Shown piece by piece: positions 19,559 to 29,808 of a stretch of DNA of 42,283 bases. Source of the stretch: Candidatus Methylopumilus sp. Lineage in GTDB: Bacteria; Pseudomonadota; Gammaproteobacteria; Burkholderiales; Methylophilaceae. The stretch's first letter is position 1. Each line of letters opens with the position of its first letter. Where the stretch lies: contig JBMSSY010000001.1 in the NCBI GenBank assembly GCA_049424605.1, positions 1-42,283 of the forward strand, in the 5' to 3' direction. The translations under genes and the position numbers were made by a program. The notes under the pieces were generated by a model. It had not been told where the DNA came from. It made no database searches and worked only from the letters and a program-made list of their open reading frames with translations.

Positions 19559-20575
19559 ATGAACCTATACGCACTCGCCAAGCCGTTTTTATTTCAGCTC
19601 GATGCTGAAAACGCACATGACCTCACCTTAAAAAGCCTCAAGCTTGCCGAAAAAACAGGCTTGCTGGCTTTGCTTCCCAAGCCACAGCCATGTCAGGCCA
19701 AAACCGTGATGGGGCTGACTTTTCCTAACCCTGTTGGCCTTGCCGCTGGCTTGGATAAAAATGGCATGGTGATAGATGGCATGGCGGCCTTGGGTTTTGG
19801 GTTTTTGGAAATTGGCACGATTACGCCGCGCGCCCAACCCGGCAATCCTAAGCCAAGATTATTCAGAGTGAAACAAGCTGAAGGCATTATCAATCGCTTT
19901 GGCTTTAATAATTTGGGTGTTGATCACTTAATTCAAAACGTTCAAGCCGCTAAATATCGCGGCATACTGGGCATTAATATTGGTAAAAACTTCGACACCC
20001 CTAATGAGCGGGCGGTTGATGATTATCTGATTTGTATGCGTAAAGTCTATGCTTATGCCAGTTATATCACGGTGAATATTTCCTCGCCCAACACTAAAAA
20101 CTTGCGGCAGTTGCAAGAAAAAGACGCGCTGGATGCCTTGCTGGCAAGCTTAAAGGCAGAGCAAAAAATATTGGCAGATCAACATGGGCGTTATGTGCCG
20201 ATTGCCTTAAAAATTGCCCCAGATTTAACAGCAGCGCAAATTATAGAAATTGCTGATTTGCTCAAACTGCATCAGTTTGATGGGGTGATTGCGACCAATA
20301 CCACCTTGGCCAGAGATAAGGTAGCGGGCTTAGCTCATGCCGAAGAAACGGGCGGACTATCTGGCGCGCCAGTGCGTGAAAAATCCACCTTAGTTATTTC
20401 ACAACTCTCCAAGCAGTTGGCGGGGGCATTGCCTATTATCGGCGTGGGCGGCATTTTGAGTGGGGCGGATGCCGCAGAAAAAATCAAGGCGGGCGCTAGC
20501 TTGGTACAGGTTTATAGCGGCTTGATTTATCGTGGCCCAAGTTTGATACGCGATATTTGTAAAACACTGGCTTGA
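19559..20575 (+). CDS. pyrD: Quinone-dependent dihydroorotate dehydrogenase (class 2)
   Basis: [41 protein letters not shown] and GGLSG motifs. Confidence 0.98.
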   Translation: MNLYALAKPFLFQLDAENAHDLTLKSLKLAEKTGLLALLPKPQPCQAKTVMGLTFPNPVGLAAGLDKNGMVIDGMAALGFGFLEIGTITPRAQPGNPKPRLFRVKQAEGIINRFGFNNLGVDHLIQNVQAAKYRGILGINIGKNFDTPNERAVDDYLICMRKVYAYASYITVNISSPNTKNLRQLQEKDALDALLASLKAEQKILADQHGRYVPIALKIAPDLTAAQIIEIADLLKLHQFDGVIATNTTLARDKVAGLAHAEETGGLSGAPVREKSTLVISQLSKQLAGALPIIGVGGILSGADAAEKIKAGASLVQVYSGLIYRGPSLIRDICKTLA

Positions 20576-20645
20576 GTATTTGATTAAAAGCTTGAAGGTG
20601 TAATAACAAGCTAGGCTAGTTTTAATTAACAGTGATTAATGAAAA

Positions 20646-21893
20646 CTAGCGGAGTACGCTCCAGCTCATGGGGTCAAACGGTTTGCTGTGGCTACGCAAC
20701 TCGTAATATAAGCCAGAAGTGTCATTGCCACCGCTATTGCCTACGCTGGCAATTATATCGCCACCTTTGACCGTATCGCCCAATTTGCGCAGCAAAGCTT
20801 GATTGTTGCCATACAAACTCATATATCCGCCGCCATGATCGACAATAATCAGGTTACCAAAACCACGCATCCAATCAGCAAATACCACGCGACCATTGGC
20901 GACTGATTTCACCTCATTACCCTCATTAGACTTGATAAACAAACCTTTCCAAGTCAGGCCAGTATCCTGACGGCTATTACCAAATTTATTGGTCACTTCG
21001 CCGCGTACAGGTAAATTGAGTTTGCCTTTTAAAGACTCGAAACTGACGCCATCAAACGCATTGCTAGGTAATGACTCATTAGTCGCCAGCGCTTGTTGCG
21101 GACGATTTTGATTGTCTGGTTCAGATTTGCCAGAAGGTGTCGCTTGTTGCGGTTTGGCTTGAGGCGCTCTCGCTAAACGCTCCATTAATTGCGCCAAGCT
21201 TTTTTCGTCGCGCTTTAGTTTTTCAATTTCATTGCGTTGCGCATTGATTTGCGACGATAGCTTCTCTACCACCTTGCTGTGCGCTTGTTTTTGCATTTCA
21301 AGATTTTTGCGCTCCGCTTGTTGCTTGGCTTGCAGGCTGAGTACTTGTTTTAGCGCGTTGGCGGTTTCCTCATTCAGTTTGGTGACTCGGCCTAAATTAG
21401 ATTGCATGTCGGCAATCAGCGCTTTGCGAGCACGAGAGATATAAGAAAAATATTGCAGTTGGCGAGCCAGTGCGCTTGGGTCTTGTGCCTCTAAAATCAC
21501 TTGCAGATAGCTGGCCTGGCCATGTAAATACTGTTGATATATCTGCTTACTTAATTGATTTTTTTGCCCCTCAATAGTGTTTTCAAGGCCAGACTTTTGA
21601 GATTGCAAAACTTGGAGTGATTCGCTGTGTTTCTTTTGTGCTTGCTGTAGCTCAAACAATTTACGGTTGGTTTCGCTAATGGCTTTTTCGCTGTCTTTGA
21701 GCGCGTCAGCCGCGTCGGCATGCGCCTCTTTGGTTTTGCCTAATTCTTTAGTTAATGACTCAATACGCTGATGAATATTATTCAGCTTTTCTTTAGGTTT
21801 TTCAGTCTTATTGGCGGCCAGTGCCAACGGCGAATGTAGCGTCAGCGTTAGCAACAAGGTCGCCAGCCCATAAGATAAACCAAACTTGATCAT
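20646..21893 (-). CDS. envC: Murein hydrolase activator EnvC (coiled coil plus degenerate M23 domain)
   Basis: Signal peptide, long coiled coil, and a C-terminal LytM domain with WKGLFI and SLYGNNQ, lacking the Zn ligands. Overlaps the gpmI stop by 4 bp. Confidence 0.92.
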   Translation of the reverse strand: MIKFGLSYGLATLLLTLTLHSPLALAANKTEKPKEKLNNIHQRIESLTKELGKTKEAHADAADALKDSEKAISETNRKLFELQQAQKKHSESLQVLQSQKSGLENTIEGQKNQLSKQIYQQYLHGQASYLQVILEAQDPSALARQLQYFSYISRARKALIADMQSNLGRVTKLNEETANALKQVLSLQAKQQAERKNLEMQKQAHSKVVEKLSSQINAQRNEIEKLKRDEKSLAQLMERLARAPQAKPQQATPSGKSEPDNQNRPQQALATNESLPSNAFDGVSFESLKGKLNLPVRGEVTNKFGNSRQDTGLTWKGLFIKSNEGNEVKSVANGRVVFADWMRGFGNLIIVDHGGGYMSLYGNNQALLRKLGDTVKGGDIIASVGNSGGNDTSGLYYELRSHSKPFDPMSWSVLR

Positions 21894-23437
21894 AGGTCCT
21901 TAAAGCTCAGCAAGGCATGACCCGTCATTTCGGCTGGCTGTGGCAAGCCCATGATCTTAAGCAGACTTGGTGCAATATCTGAAAGCGCGCCAGTGCTAGC
22001 CATTTCAGCTTGGCGACCAATATAGAGTAAAGGCACAAGATTAGTGGTGTGTTGCGTGTGCGGTTGATTATTTTCTACATCTTGCATCATTTCGACATTG
22101 CCATGATCAGCGGTAATCAAGATTTCTGCCCCCACACTTTGTGCGGCAGTGACCAGTCGTCCGATACAGCTATCTAGGGTTTCTACCGCTTTAATGGCGG
22201 CCGATATAATACCTGTATGCCCAACCATGTCGCAGTTGGCGTAGTTGCAAATAATGGCAGCATATTCTTGGCTCAAAATCGCAGCTTCTAACTGATCCGT
22301 CAGCTCATAGGCGCTCATCTCAGGCTGTAGATCGTAAGTGGCGACTTTAGGTGAAGGAACCAGAATGCGACTTTCTCCAGGGAATACTTTTTCCTCGCCA
22401 CCGTTAAAAAAGAAAGTGACGTGCGGGTATTTTTCGGTTTCGGCAATACGCAGTTGTTTTAGGCCTTGATCGGCAAGGTATTCGCCAAAGGTATTATGAA
22501 TGTCGCTGGGTGGAAACACCGCTTGCGCATGTACTTCATTTTTATCGTACATGGTGAGTGTGTAATAGCCACCAAGTTTTGGTAGTTGATGACGCTTAAA
22601 GCCCTCAAAATTGGCATCCAAAAAGCAAGTCGTCATCTGACGCGCACGGTCTGAGCGGAAATTCATAAACACAATCACATCGCCATCATCAACAAAAACA
22701 GGCTGTTCCCCTGCTTTGACAATAGCCGTTGCTTTAACAAATTCATCATTCTCGCCACGAGCGTAAGCCGCCTCCAAGCCCGCTAAAGCAGAGCTGGCGC
22801 TAAACTCGCCTTTGCCTTCGGTGAGCAGTTGATAAGCGGGGGCAACGCGCTCCCAGCGTTTGTCCCTATCCATGGCGTAGTAACGACCACAAATAGAAGC
22901 AATTTTGCCTGCGCCAATTTCTTGGATTTTTGCTTCTAGCGCCGCTAGATACGCTTTAGCACTGATGGGTGGAGTGTCGCGACCATCTAAAAATGCATGC
23001 ACATATATTTTGTTCAGGCCTTGCTTTGCCGCCATATTAATCATGGCGTATATATGCTCTTGGTGACTGTGTACGCCGCCATCAGAAAGCAAACCAAAAA
23101 TATGTAATGCTTTATCGGCTTTTTTTGCTACATTCACGGCTTCCAGCAATACTGGATTTTGGTTAAATTCACCCGTGGCAATGGCATGATTAATACGTTC
23201 AAACTCTTGAAATACGATGCGCCCCGCGCCGATATTTAAATGACCGACCTCTGAATTACCCATTTGGCCGGCTGGCAAGCCTACAAAGCTTTCTGAGGCG
23301 TTGATTAGGGTATGTGGGTATTGTTGCCAGAGCTTATCCCAGTTGGGTTTTTTGGCTTGGGCAATGGCGTTATCGGTGATGTCTTCGCGATATCCAAAGC
23401 CATCTAAAATCAACAATATGACGGGCGTAATCTTCAT
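21890..23437 (-). CDS. gpmI: 2,3-bisphosphoglycerate-independent phosphoglycerate mutase
   Basis: ILDGFG, GQMGNSEVGH, SDGGVHSH, AETEKYPHVT, DMVGHTG and TADHGN motifs. Confidence 0.98.
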   Translation of the reverse strand: MKITPVILLILDGFGYREDITDNAIAQAKKPNWDKLWQQYPHTLINASESFVGLPAGQMGNSEVGHLNIGAGRIVFQEFERINHAIATGEFNQNPVLLEAVNVAKKADKALHIFGLLSDGGVHSHQEHIYAMINMAAKQGLNKIYVHAFLDGRDTPPISAKAYLAALEAKIQEIGAGKIASICGRYYAMDRDKRWERVAPAYQLLTEGKGEFSASSALAGLEAAYARGENDEFVKATAIVKAGEQPVFVDDGDVIVFMNFRSDRARQMTTCFLDANFEGFKRHQLPKLGGYYTLTMYDKNEVHAQAVFPPSDIHNTFGEYLADQGLKQLRIAETEKYPHVTFFFNGGEEKVFPGESRILVPSPKVATYDLQPEMSAYELTDQLEAAILSQEYAAIICNYANCDMVGHTGIISAAIKAVETLDSCIGRLVTAAQSVGAEILITADHGNVEMMQDVENNQPHTQHTTNLVPLLYIGRQAEMASTGALSDIAPSLLKIMGLPQPAEMTGHALLSFKDL

Positions 23438-23647
23438 GCGATGTGATTTTCTTAAACAATATTGGTGTAAGTCGCTATTTTAGTGATTTTTGCTTAATAA
23501 ATCTGCATTATTTGCCTAGATTTTCTATGTAGAATTCTTTTTTATGCCTAGTCTTTAGGTACAATTCAGCATCTTAGTGAATTGTCTCAGTAAATATATT
23601 GAGTAAAACATAGCGCTTAAAAGCGCCATCTTAAAAAAGGAAGCTTG

Positions 23648-23905
23648 ATGGCTAAAGTTTTGATGTACACCAGTGCTTATTGCCCATTTTGCACAAATGC
23701 GGAGCGTTTGCTCAACAGCAAAGGGGTGAGCGATATTGAAAAAATTCAAATTGATACCGCACCTGAATTAAAAATTGCCATGATGGAAAAAACAGGACGC
23801 CGCACCGTTCCACAGATTTATATTGGAGATCGCCACATTGGCGGCTTTGACGATTTGCGTGCTTTGGACTTGGCTGGTGGCTTAGATTCGCTATTAAGTC
23901 AGTAA
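23648..23905 (+). CDS. grxC: Glutaredoxin 3
   Basis: CPFC active site, RTVPQI and HIGGFDDL. AAGGA RBS. Upstream of secB. Confidence 0.94.
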   Translation: MAKVLMYTSAYCPFCTNAERLLNSKGVSDIEKIQIDTAPELKIAMMEKTGRRTVPQIYIGDRHIGGFDDLRALDLAGGLDSLLSQ

Positions 23906-24026
23906 AAAAGCAAGCAACACAAGCAATTAGTATAAGCATCGGTTAAAATATCACCTTTATTTCGTCATCAACATCAATGCGTTTGATGGAAATGAACGCA
24001 ATTTTTTGAAATTCTTAGGGAAAATC

Positions 24027-24533
24027 ATGGCAACTAAAAAAGCAGCTGCAGAGCAAACGACAGAAAATAAAGCGCTAGAACAAAATCAAGCGCCTGGTTT
24101 TGGTATTGAAAAACTATATGTAAAAGATTTGTCATTAGAGTTGCCTAATGCACCGCAAATTTTTACCGAGCGTGAAGCGCCACAGATTGCTATCGAAATT
24201 AGCAATACTGGTAGCAAGATTGATGAAGGTATTTATGAGGTGGTGCTGACCATCACTGTTACTTCAAAAGTTGGCGAAAAAGTCGCATTTTTAATCGAAG
24301 CGGCACAAGCCGGTATTTTCCAAGTGCGTAATGTGCCAGAAGAAAATCTAGAAATTATTTTCAGTGTGACCTGCCCAAATATTTTATTCCCGTATGTTCG
24401 TGAAGTGATTTCAGATGCTTCAGTACGTGCTGGATTCCCACCTGTTGTGCTTAGCCCGATTAATTTTGAAGCCTTGTACGCGCAACAAAAACAACAGCAA
24501 GCGCAAGATGCCGCAGCACAAACAACCCACTAA
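24027..24533 (+). CDS. secB: Protein-export chaperone SecB
   Basis: YVKDLSLELPNAP, CPNILFPYVRE and GFPPVVLSPINFEALY motifs. The ATG at 24027 is preferred as start. Confidence 0.97.
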   Translation: MATKKAAAEQTTENKALEQNQAPGFGIEKLYVKDLSLELPNAPQIFTEREAPQIAIEISNTGSKIDEGIYEVVLTITVTSKVGEKVAFLIEAAQAGIFQVRNVPEENLEIIFSVTCPNILFPYVREVISDASVRAGFPPVVLSPINFEALYAQQKQQQAQDAAAQTTH

Positions 24534-24960
24534 GTCTGTATTCATCGCGCTCTTATTCATGCTATTGCCTAGTTTGGCAATGGCTGAATTTAGGGCAGTG
24601 AGTGTGCCGAAAGCGATTGTTTATGACTCGCCTTCGGTGCAAGGCAAAAAGCTTTATCTGCTTGGTCAGGGCTATCCAGTGGAAGTCATCGTTAACCTCT
24701 CCGAGTGGGTCAAAGTGCGCGATCAGCAAGGCGGATTGAGTTGGATAGATGCCAAACAGCTTAGCACTAAGCGTAGTTTGTTGATGATTGCCCCAGCGGA
24801 AGTCAAACAAACGCCAGAAGGCACTGGCGCGGTTATCGCCAGAATAGAAAAAGATGTGGTGCTGGATTTTATTGAGCCAGCTAAAAGCGGTTGGGTCAAA
24901 GTAAAGCCCCGCGATGGCTTGGCTGGTTTTGTGCCAAGTTCAGCGGTTTGGGGTTTGTAA
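24508..24960 (+). CDS. Exported tandem bacterial SH3-domain protein
   Basis: Signal peptide (AMA) and two SH3b-like repeats (YPVEV...WVKVRD...WI; GWVKV...GFV...VWGL). Lies between secB and gpsA. The start is uncertain (24508 or 24559). Confidence 0.85.
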   Translation: MPQHKQPTKSVFIALLFMLLPSLAMAEFRAVSVPKAIVYDSPSVQGKKLYLLGQGYPVEVIVNLSEWVKVRDQQGGLSWIDAKQLSTKRSLLMIAPAEVKQTPEGTGAVIARIEKDVVLDFIEPAKSGWVKVKPRDGLAGFVPSSAVWGL

Positions 24961-24970
24961 AAGGTATGCA

Positions 24971-25960
24971 ATGAAAATAGCCGTATTAGGAGCTGGTGCT
25001 TGGGGAACCGCACTAGCCATGCACATTAGTGGTCAGCATCAAGTCTGTCTGTGGGCGCGTAAAGCGGCGCATGTTGATGGCATGCGTAAAGTGCGTGCCA
25101 ATCCTATGTATCTTGGTGATTTCAAGTTCAATGACAATCTCAATCTAGAGTCTGATTTGGCTGTGGCGCTAGATGGCGTTGATTTAATCGTTTCTGTGGT
25201 GCCAACTTGCGGCTTTCGTGACACCTTACAATCCATTAAAGCTTTAGGCCTGACCACCCCAGTTATTTGGGCGAATAAAGGTTTGGAGCCTGTGACAGCA
25301 AAATTAGCACATGAGATTGCGCTAGAAGAGTTAGGCTCTAATCAGGCTTGGGGCGCGCTGTCTGGCCCTAGCTTTGCGGCTGAATTAGTGCGCGGTTTAC
25401 CAACCGCTGTTTCTTTGGCGATGAACGATGCCGACTTTGCAAAACAAGCGGGATTAGCGCTACATGGCGGCTCTTTGCGGGTGTACACCAGCACCGATGT
25501 TGCAGGTGTTGCAGTGGGCGGCGCGCTCAAGAATGTGATGGCGATTGCGGCAGGTATTTCTGACGGTATGCAGTTTGGCAACAATGCCCGTGCCGCGCTG
25601 ATTACTCGTGGCTTGGCTGAAATGACACGTTTTGGGATGGCGATGGGCGCACAAAAAGATACTTTTATGGGCTTGGCGGGTGCGGGTGATTTGATTTTGA
25701 CTTGTACGGGCCAATATTCGCGTAACCGTGAAGTAGGTTTGCAGCTTGCCAGTGGTAAGCCTTTAGCTGAAATTCTAGCAACTTTAGGTCATGTAGCCGA
25801 AGGTGTTTACACCGCACGGGAAGTGGTTAAACGCGCACAAGATTTAGGCGTGGATATGCCGATTACCTATGAAGTGGATCAAGTGCTGTCTCACGGAAAA
25901 TCACCGCGCGATGCAGTGGTGGATTTGCTCAGTCGCGAGCAAAAGCACGAATCGTTCTAA
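24971..25960 (+). CDS. gpsA: NAD(P)H-dependent glycerol-3-phosphate dehydrogenase
   Basis: MKIAVLGAGAWGTALA Rossmann motif, LSGPSFA, GGALKNV and GDLILTCT..SRN. Confidence 0.98.
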   Translation: MKIAVLGAGAWGTALAMHISGQHQVCLWARKAAHVDGMRKVRANPMYLGDFKFNDNLNLESDLAVALDGVDLIVSVVPTCGFRDTLQSIKALGLTTPVIWANKGLEPVTAKLAHEIALEELGSNQAWGALSGPSFAAELVRGLPTAVSLAMNDADFAKQAGLALHGGSLRVYTSTDVAGVAVGGALKNVMAIAAGISDGMQFGNNARAALITRGLAEMTRFGMAMGAQKDTFMGLAGAGDLILTCTGQYSRNREVGLQLASGKPLAEILATLGHVAEGVYTAREVVKRAQDLGVDMPITYEVDQVLSHGKSPRDAVVDLLSREQKHESF

Positions 25961-25961
25961 C

Positions 25962-26426
25962 TCAAACGCCGCCTTCAAAGCCAATCTGTCTCCAAGCTTC
26001 ATAAAGTAATACCGCCGCTGAATTAGATAAATTTAAGCTGCGACTTTGCGCTAGCATAGGCAATCTTACGCGATGCTCTGCACTAAACTCATTGCGTATC
26101 TCTTCTGGTAGCCCCCGCGTTTCTGGGCCAAACACAAATACATCGTCTTTTTGAAACTGGATGTCACCGTGTGAACGGCTGCCTTTGGTGGTGATGGCAA
26201 ACATACGCTTACCTGCCAAGGCGGCTTTGCAAGACGGCCAATCTGGGTGAATCTTTAAGTTGGCATATTCGTGATAATCCAAGCCAGCGCGCTTGAGTTG
26301 CTTGTCTTCTAATGAAAAGCCTAAGGGCTGGACTAGATGTAATTGCGCGCCAGTATTGGCGCACAAGCGAATGATATTGCCTGTATTCGGCGGAATTTCT
26401 GGTTCAAACAAGACGATATTAAACAT
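25962..26426 (-). CDS. trmL: tRNA (cytidine/uridine-34-2'-O)-methyltransferase
   Basis: [32 protein letters not shown] and [12 protein letters not shown] motifs. Confidence 0.97.
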   Translation of the reverse strand: MFNIVLFEPEIPPNTGNIIRLCANTGAQLHLVQPLGFSLEDKQLKRAGLDYHEYANLKIHPDWPSCKAALAGKRMFAITTKGSRSHGDIQFQKDDVFVFGPETRGLPEEIRNEFSAEHRVRLPMLAQSRSLNLSNSAAVLLYEAWRQIGFEGGV

Positions 26427-27131
26427 TTACTTTGCCAGTGTTCGTGCGATAAGCCAGCATTCTACATGAGCCGCACCTTTTGCTTTCACTGCTTTTGCCA
26501 GTGCATTAAGACTAGCCCCTGTGGTCATCACATCATCCATCAAAGCAATGCGTAAACCGCTTAAATTTTCATGACATATAAACGCGCCTTTCATATTTTG
26601 TACTCGCGCTTTTAAAGGCAAGCTGGCTTGCGGTGGCGCAAGCTTAATCCGCTGGGTGGCTAGGCTGTTCACTTCAATATTTAAGCGTTTAGCGATGATG
26701 CGAGCGATTTCAAGCGCTTGATTAAAGCCGCGCATTTGCAATCTGCTTGGGTGTAGCGGCATGGGGATAATCAAATCTATATTTTGTAGCGCATGTCTTT
26801 GCAACATTAATTCCGCAAAGCTGGCTGATAGGTGCAATTGCTGATGATATTTGTATTGTTGCAACATCTGGCTGATAGGGTACTCGTAACGAAACAAAGC
26901 CTTAGTTAAGTCAAAATCAGGAGGGGAGGCAATACATGCGCCGCAAAGCTGATGCTCAAAACTTAATAAGCCACACTGTGGGCAGACTGAATTGTCTTGG
27001 TAAGGTAGCTCGTTCAGGCAATCTGCACACAGGCCAAACTCCCCGCCATTGCTGCAAGCGCAGAGTAAACAAGGCGCTTGAAATAACTGCGATTTTAACG
27101 AATGCTTAAATTTTAACCATTTGTCATTCAA
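26427..27131 (-). CDS. comF: ComF family protein (double zinc ribbon plus phosphoribosyltransferase domain)
   Basis: Four CxxC motifs, RGFNQ and DDVMTTGAS. Confidence 0.92.
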   Translation of the reverse strand: MNDKWLKFKHSLKSQLFQAPCLLCACSNGGEFGLCADCLNELPYQDNSVCPQCGLLSFEHQLCGACIASPPDFDLTKALFRYEYPISQMLQQYKYHQQLHLSASFAELMLQRHALQNIDLIIPMPLHPSRLQMRGFNQALEIARIIAKRLNIEVNSLATQRIKLAPPQASLPLKARVQNMKGAFICHENLSGLRIALMDDVMTTGASLNALAKAVKAKGAAHVECWLIARTLAK

Positions 27132-27147
27132 TTATTGGCTTTCTACT

Positions 27148-27175
27148 TAACAATGTATAATCTGCGCTATTGTTA
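27148..27175 (+). promoter_or_regulatory. Candidate bio operon promoter with an overlapping dyad
   Basis: TATAAT at 27156-27161 is bracketed by TAACAAT-N14-ATTGTTA. AGGAGG follows at 27175-27180. Confidence 0.5.
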
Positions 27176-27193
27176 GGAGGGTCTAAACACATC

Positions 27194-27607
27194 ATGACGC
27201 AATCCATCTCAGAAACGCATCACATTATCACCGCAAAACAGCAAATGCGGGCATCGCAAGGCTTCACCTTTTTTTCTTGCCTAGCTGTGCTGTTTTTACC
27301 TTTAGTTATTCCACTATTTATCTGGGTGGCGGCATCTATTTTTATGTATGCGGCGGCAGCGCATCATCCTAATCCCAAAGTCTGTGAGTACATTAAACAA
27401 TCTGGTTATCGATTCTATTCCACATTTGCTTTGCTGGTGGTGATGGCCTACTTTGGCTTTATGTTAGGTGAAAAAATTGGCGTTTTAAACGTGTTGTTCT
27501 TGGTGTGGGGCATCAGTGTGTTATTGGTGGTGCCTTTAGGCGTTCGCGATATATTGCGCGCTTCAAAAGAAAATTGGCAAGATATGAAACTGGAGATTGA
27601 AGCATGA
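27194..27607 (+). CDS. Uncharacterised small integral membrane protein, first gene of the bio operon
   Basis: Three or four hydrophobic segments, an upstream AGGAGG and an ATGA overlap with bioB. Confidence 0.8.
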   Translation: MTQSISETHHIITAKQQMRASQGFTFFSCLAVLFLPLVIPLFIWVAASIFMYAAAAHHPNPKVCEYIKQSGYRFYSTFALLVVMAYFGFMLGEKIGVLNVLFLVWGISVLLVVPLGVRDILRASKENWQDMKLEIEA

Positions 27608-28605
27608 GTGAGTTGAATATGAATGTGGTGGACACCTCGGCTATCAAGCGCAATATCGCGCCTGTAGAAACAGAAAAGCGCTGGAGTGTGCAACAAATTG
27701 TAGCGCTGTTTGAATTGCCATTTGCCGATTTAATCCACCGTGCCCAAACGGTTCACCGTGAAAATTTTGACCCTAATGCAGTGCAAGTGAGCACTTTGTT
27801 ATCGATTAAAACAGGCGGATGTTCTGAGGATTGCGGCTATTGTCCACAAGCCGCTCGTTATCATACCGATGTAGAAAATGAACCGCTGATGCCGATAGAT
27901 GAAGTATTAGCGGCAGCGCGAGCAGCTAAAGAAAGTGGCGCAAGCCGCTTCTGTATGGGCGCGGCATGGCGCAGTCCTAAGCAAAAAGATTTAGAGCCTG
28001 TGCTAAAAATGATTTCAGAAGTGAAAGCCATGGGCTTACAAACTTGCGCCACCTTGGGCATGTTAAAAGAAGGCCAAGCGGCGCAGTTGAAAGACGCTGG
28101 CCTTGATTACTACAACCACAATTTAGATACGGCACCAGAATTTTATGGCGATGTGATTACCACGCGCACTTATCAAGACCGTTTAGATACGCTTGATAGC
28201 GTGCGTGAAGCGGATATTAATGTGTGCTGTGGCGGTATTATCGGCATGGGTGAAAACCGCAATCAGCGTGCTGGCCTGATTGCTCAGCTTGCCAATATGG
28301 AACGTCCGCCAGAAAGCGTGCCGATTAATCTGCTCACGCAAGTGGAAGGCACGCCGCTACATGGCGTTGAAGAACTCGATCAATTTGAATTTATTCGCAC
28401 GATTGCGGCGGCGCGTATCACCATGCCAAAAAGCTTTGTGCGCCTTTCAGCAGGCCGCCAAAGCATGCACGAGGGGATTCAAGCCCTGTGCTTTATTGCT
28501 GGCGCTAATTCAATTTTCTACGGTGAAAAGCTGCTCACCACAGGCAACCCAGAAGCGGAAACCGATAAGCAACTGTTTGCTAAATTGGGTCTGCATCCGA
28601 TTTAA
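27604..28605 (+). CDS. bioB: Biotin synthase
   Basis: Radical SAM motif [24 protein letters not shown] and [13 protein letters not shown]. Confidence 0.99.
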   Translation: MSELNMNVVDTSAIKRNIAPVETEKRWSVQQIVALFELPFADLIHRAQTVHRENFDPNAVQVSTLLSIKTGGCSEDCGYCPQAARYHTDVENEPLMPIDEVLAAARAAKESGASRFCMGAAWRSPKQKDLEPVLKMISEVKAMGLQTCATLGMLKEGQAAQLKDAGLDYYNHNLDTAPEFYGDVITTRTYQDRLDTLDSVREADINVCCGGIIGMGENRNQRAGLIAQLANMERPPESVPINLLTQVEGTPLHGVEELDQFEFIRTIAAARITMPKSFVRLSAGRQSMHEGIQALCFIAGANSIFYGEKLLTTGNPEAETDKQLFAKLGLHPI

Positions 28606-28635
28606 TCATTTGGCGTGAGGTGCAAGCCTCACGCG

Positions 28636-29808
28636 ATGTTGATTATGATAGCTCAGCTTAAAGTAGAACTCGCGGCGCGCGCCCAAGCAGGTTTGCAACG
28701 CAAGCGGCGCTTGTTACAAAGCCCGCAAACTGCCCATTTGCTAGCCGATGGCCAGCAGTTGCTTTCGTTTGCCAGCAATGATTATCTGGGCCTAGCTAAC
28801 CATCCCAATTTAATTGATGCGCTACAACAAGGCGCTAAAGCCGCAGGTGTGGGCGGCGGCGCTTCGCATTTAATTACAGGACATCATCAATTTCACCATA
28901 ACGCAGAGCAAGCGCTCGCCGATTTTGTCGGCTTGCCAGCCGCTTTGTTGTTTAGCACTGGCTATATGGCCAATATGGGTGTGGTGGCGGCTTTGCTTGG
29001 ACGCCATGATGCAATTTTTGCCGATAAGCTTAACCATGCTTCTTTGAACGATGCTGCGGTATTGGCTCGCGCACAATGCCATCGCTATCCCCATCAGGAT
29101 TTAGCACAGTTAGCCAAAATGTTAGCGGCGAGTACTGCGCCAAGAAAATTAGTGATCGTTGATGCGGTGTTTAGTATGGATGGCGATATCGCACCAGTGC
29201 CTGAGTTGCTGGCGCTTTGTGAGCAATATGATGCTTATTTATTGCTCGATGATGCCCATGGTTTTGGGGTGTTGGGTAAGCAAGGCCGTGGCATTTTAAA
29301 TCATTTTAATGTGGCCTCACCGCGTATTATTTATATGGCGACTTTAGGTAAAGCGGCGGGCGTTGCGGGCGCTTTTGTTGCAGGCCATCCCACCATCATT
29401 GAATACTTAATGCAGTCTGCCAAAACCTATATTTACACCACGGCTAGTCCGCCCGCGCTGGCTGCCGCGCTGGTCGCCGCTGTTGATGTGATGCAAACAG
29501 ATGTAAAGCGTCATCAGCATTTGCACGATTTAATTACTTACTTTAAACAGCATTTAAGTCTTAAAAAATGGCAGTTAATGCCTTCAGACACAGCCATACA
29601 ACCTATTATACTTGGCAGTAATGAAGCGGCTTTGGCGCTGAGTGAGTATCTGCTAACACAAGGCATACTAGTGCCTGCCATTCGTCCGCCTACCGTACCA
29701 AAAAACACTGCGCGCTTACGTATTTCTTTATCCGCCGCACACAGCTTGGATGATGTGAAATTATTAATTAGCCATCTACATCAAGCAGAACAGGCGATGT
29801 TAGCGTGA
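28636..29808 (+). CDS. bioF: 8-amino-7-oxononanoate synthase
   Basis: FASNDYLGL, DKLNHASL, FSMDGD, DDAHG, TLGKA (PLP lysine) and IRPPTVP. Start at 28636 or 28645. Confidence 0.96.
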   Translation: MLIMIAQLKVELAARAQAGLQRKRRLLQSPQTAHLLADGQQLLSFASNDYLGLANHPNLIDALQQGAKAAGVGGGASHLITGHHQFHHNAEQALADFVGLPAALLFSTGYMANMGVVAALLGRHDAIFADKLNHASLNDAAVLARAQCHRYPHQDLAQLAKMLAASTAPRKLVIVDAVFSMDGDIAPVPELLALCEQYDAYLLLDDAHGFGVLGKQGRGILNHFNVASPRIIYMATLGKAAGVAGAFVAGHPTIIEYLMQSAKTYIYTTASPPALAAALVAAVDVMQTDVKRHQHLHDLITYFKQHLSLKKWQLMPSDTAIQPIILGSNEAALALSEYLLTQGILVPAIRPPTVPKNTARLRISLSAAHSLDDVKLLISHLHQAEQAMLA

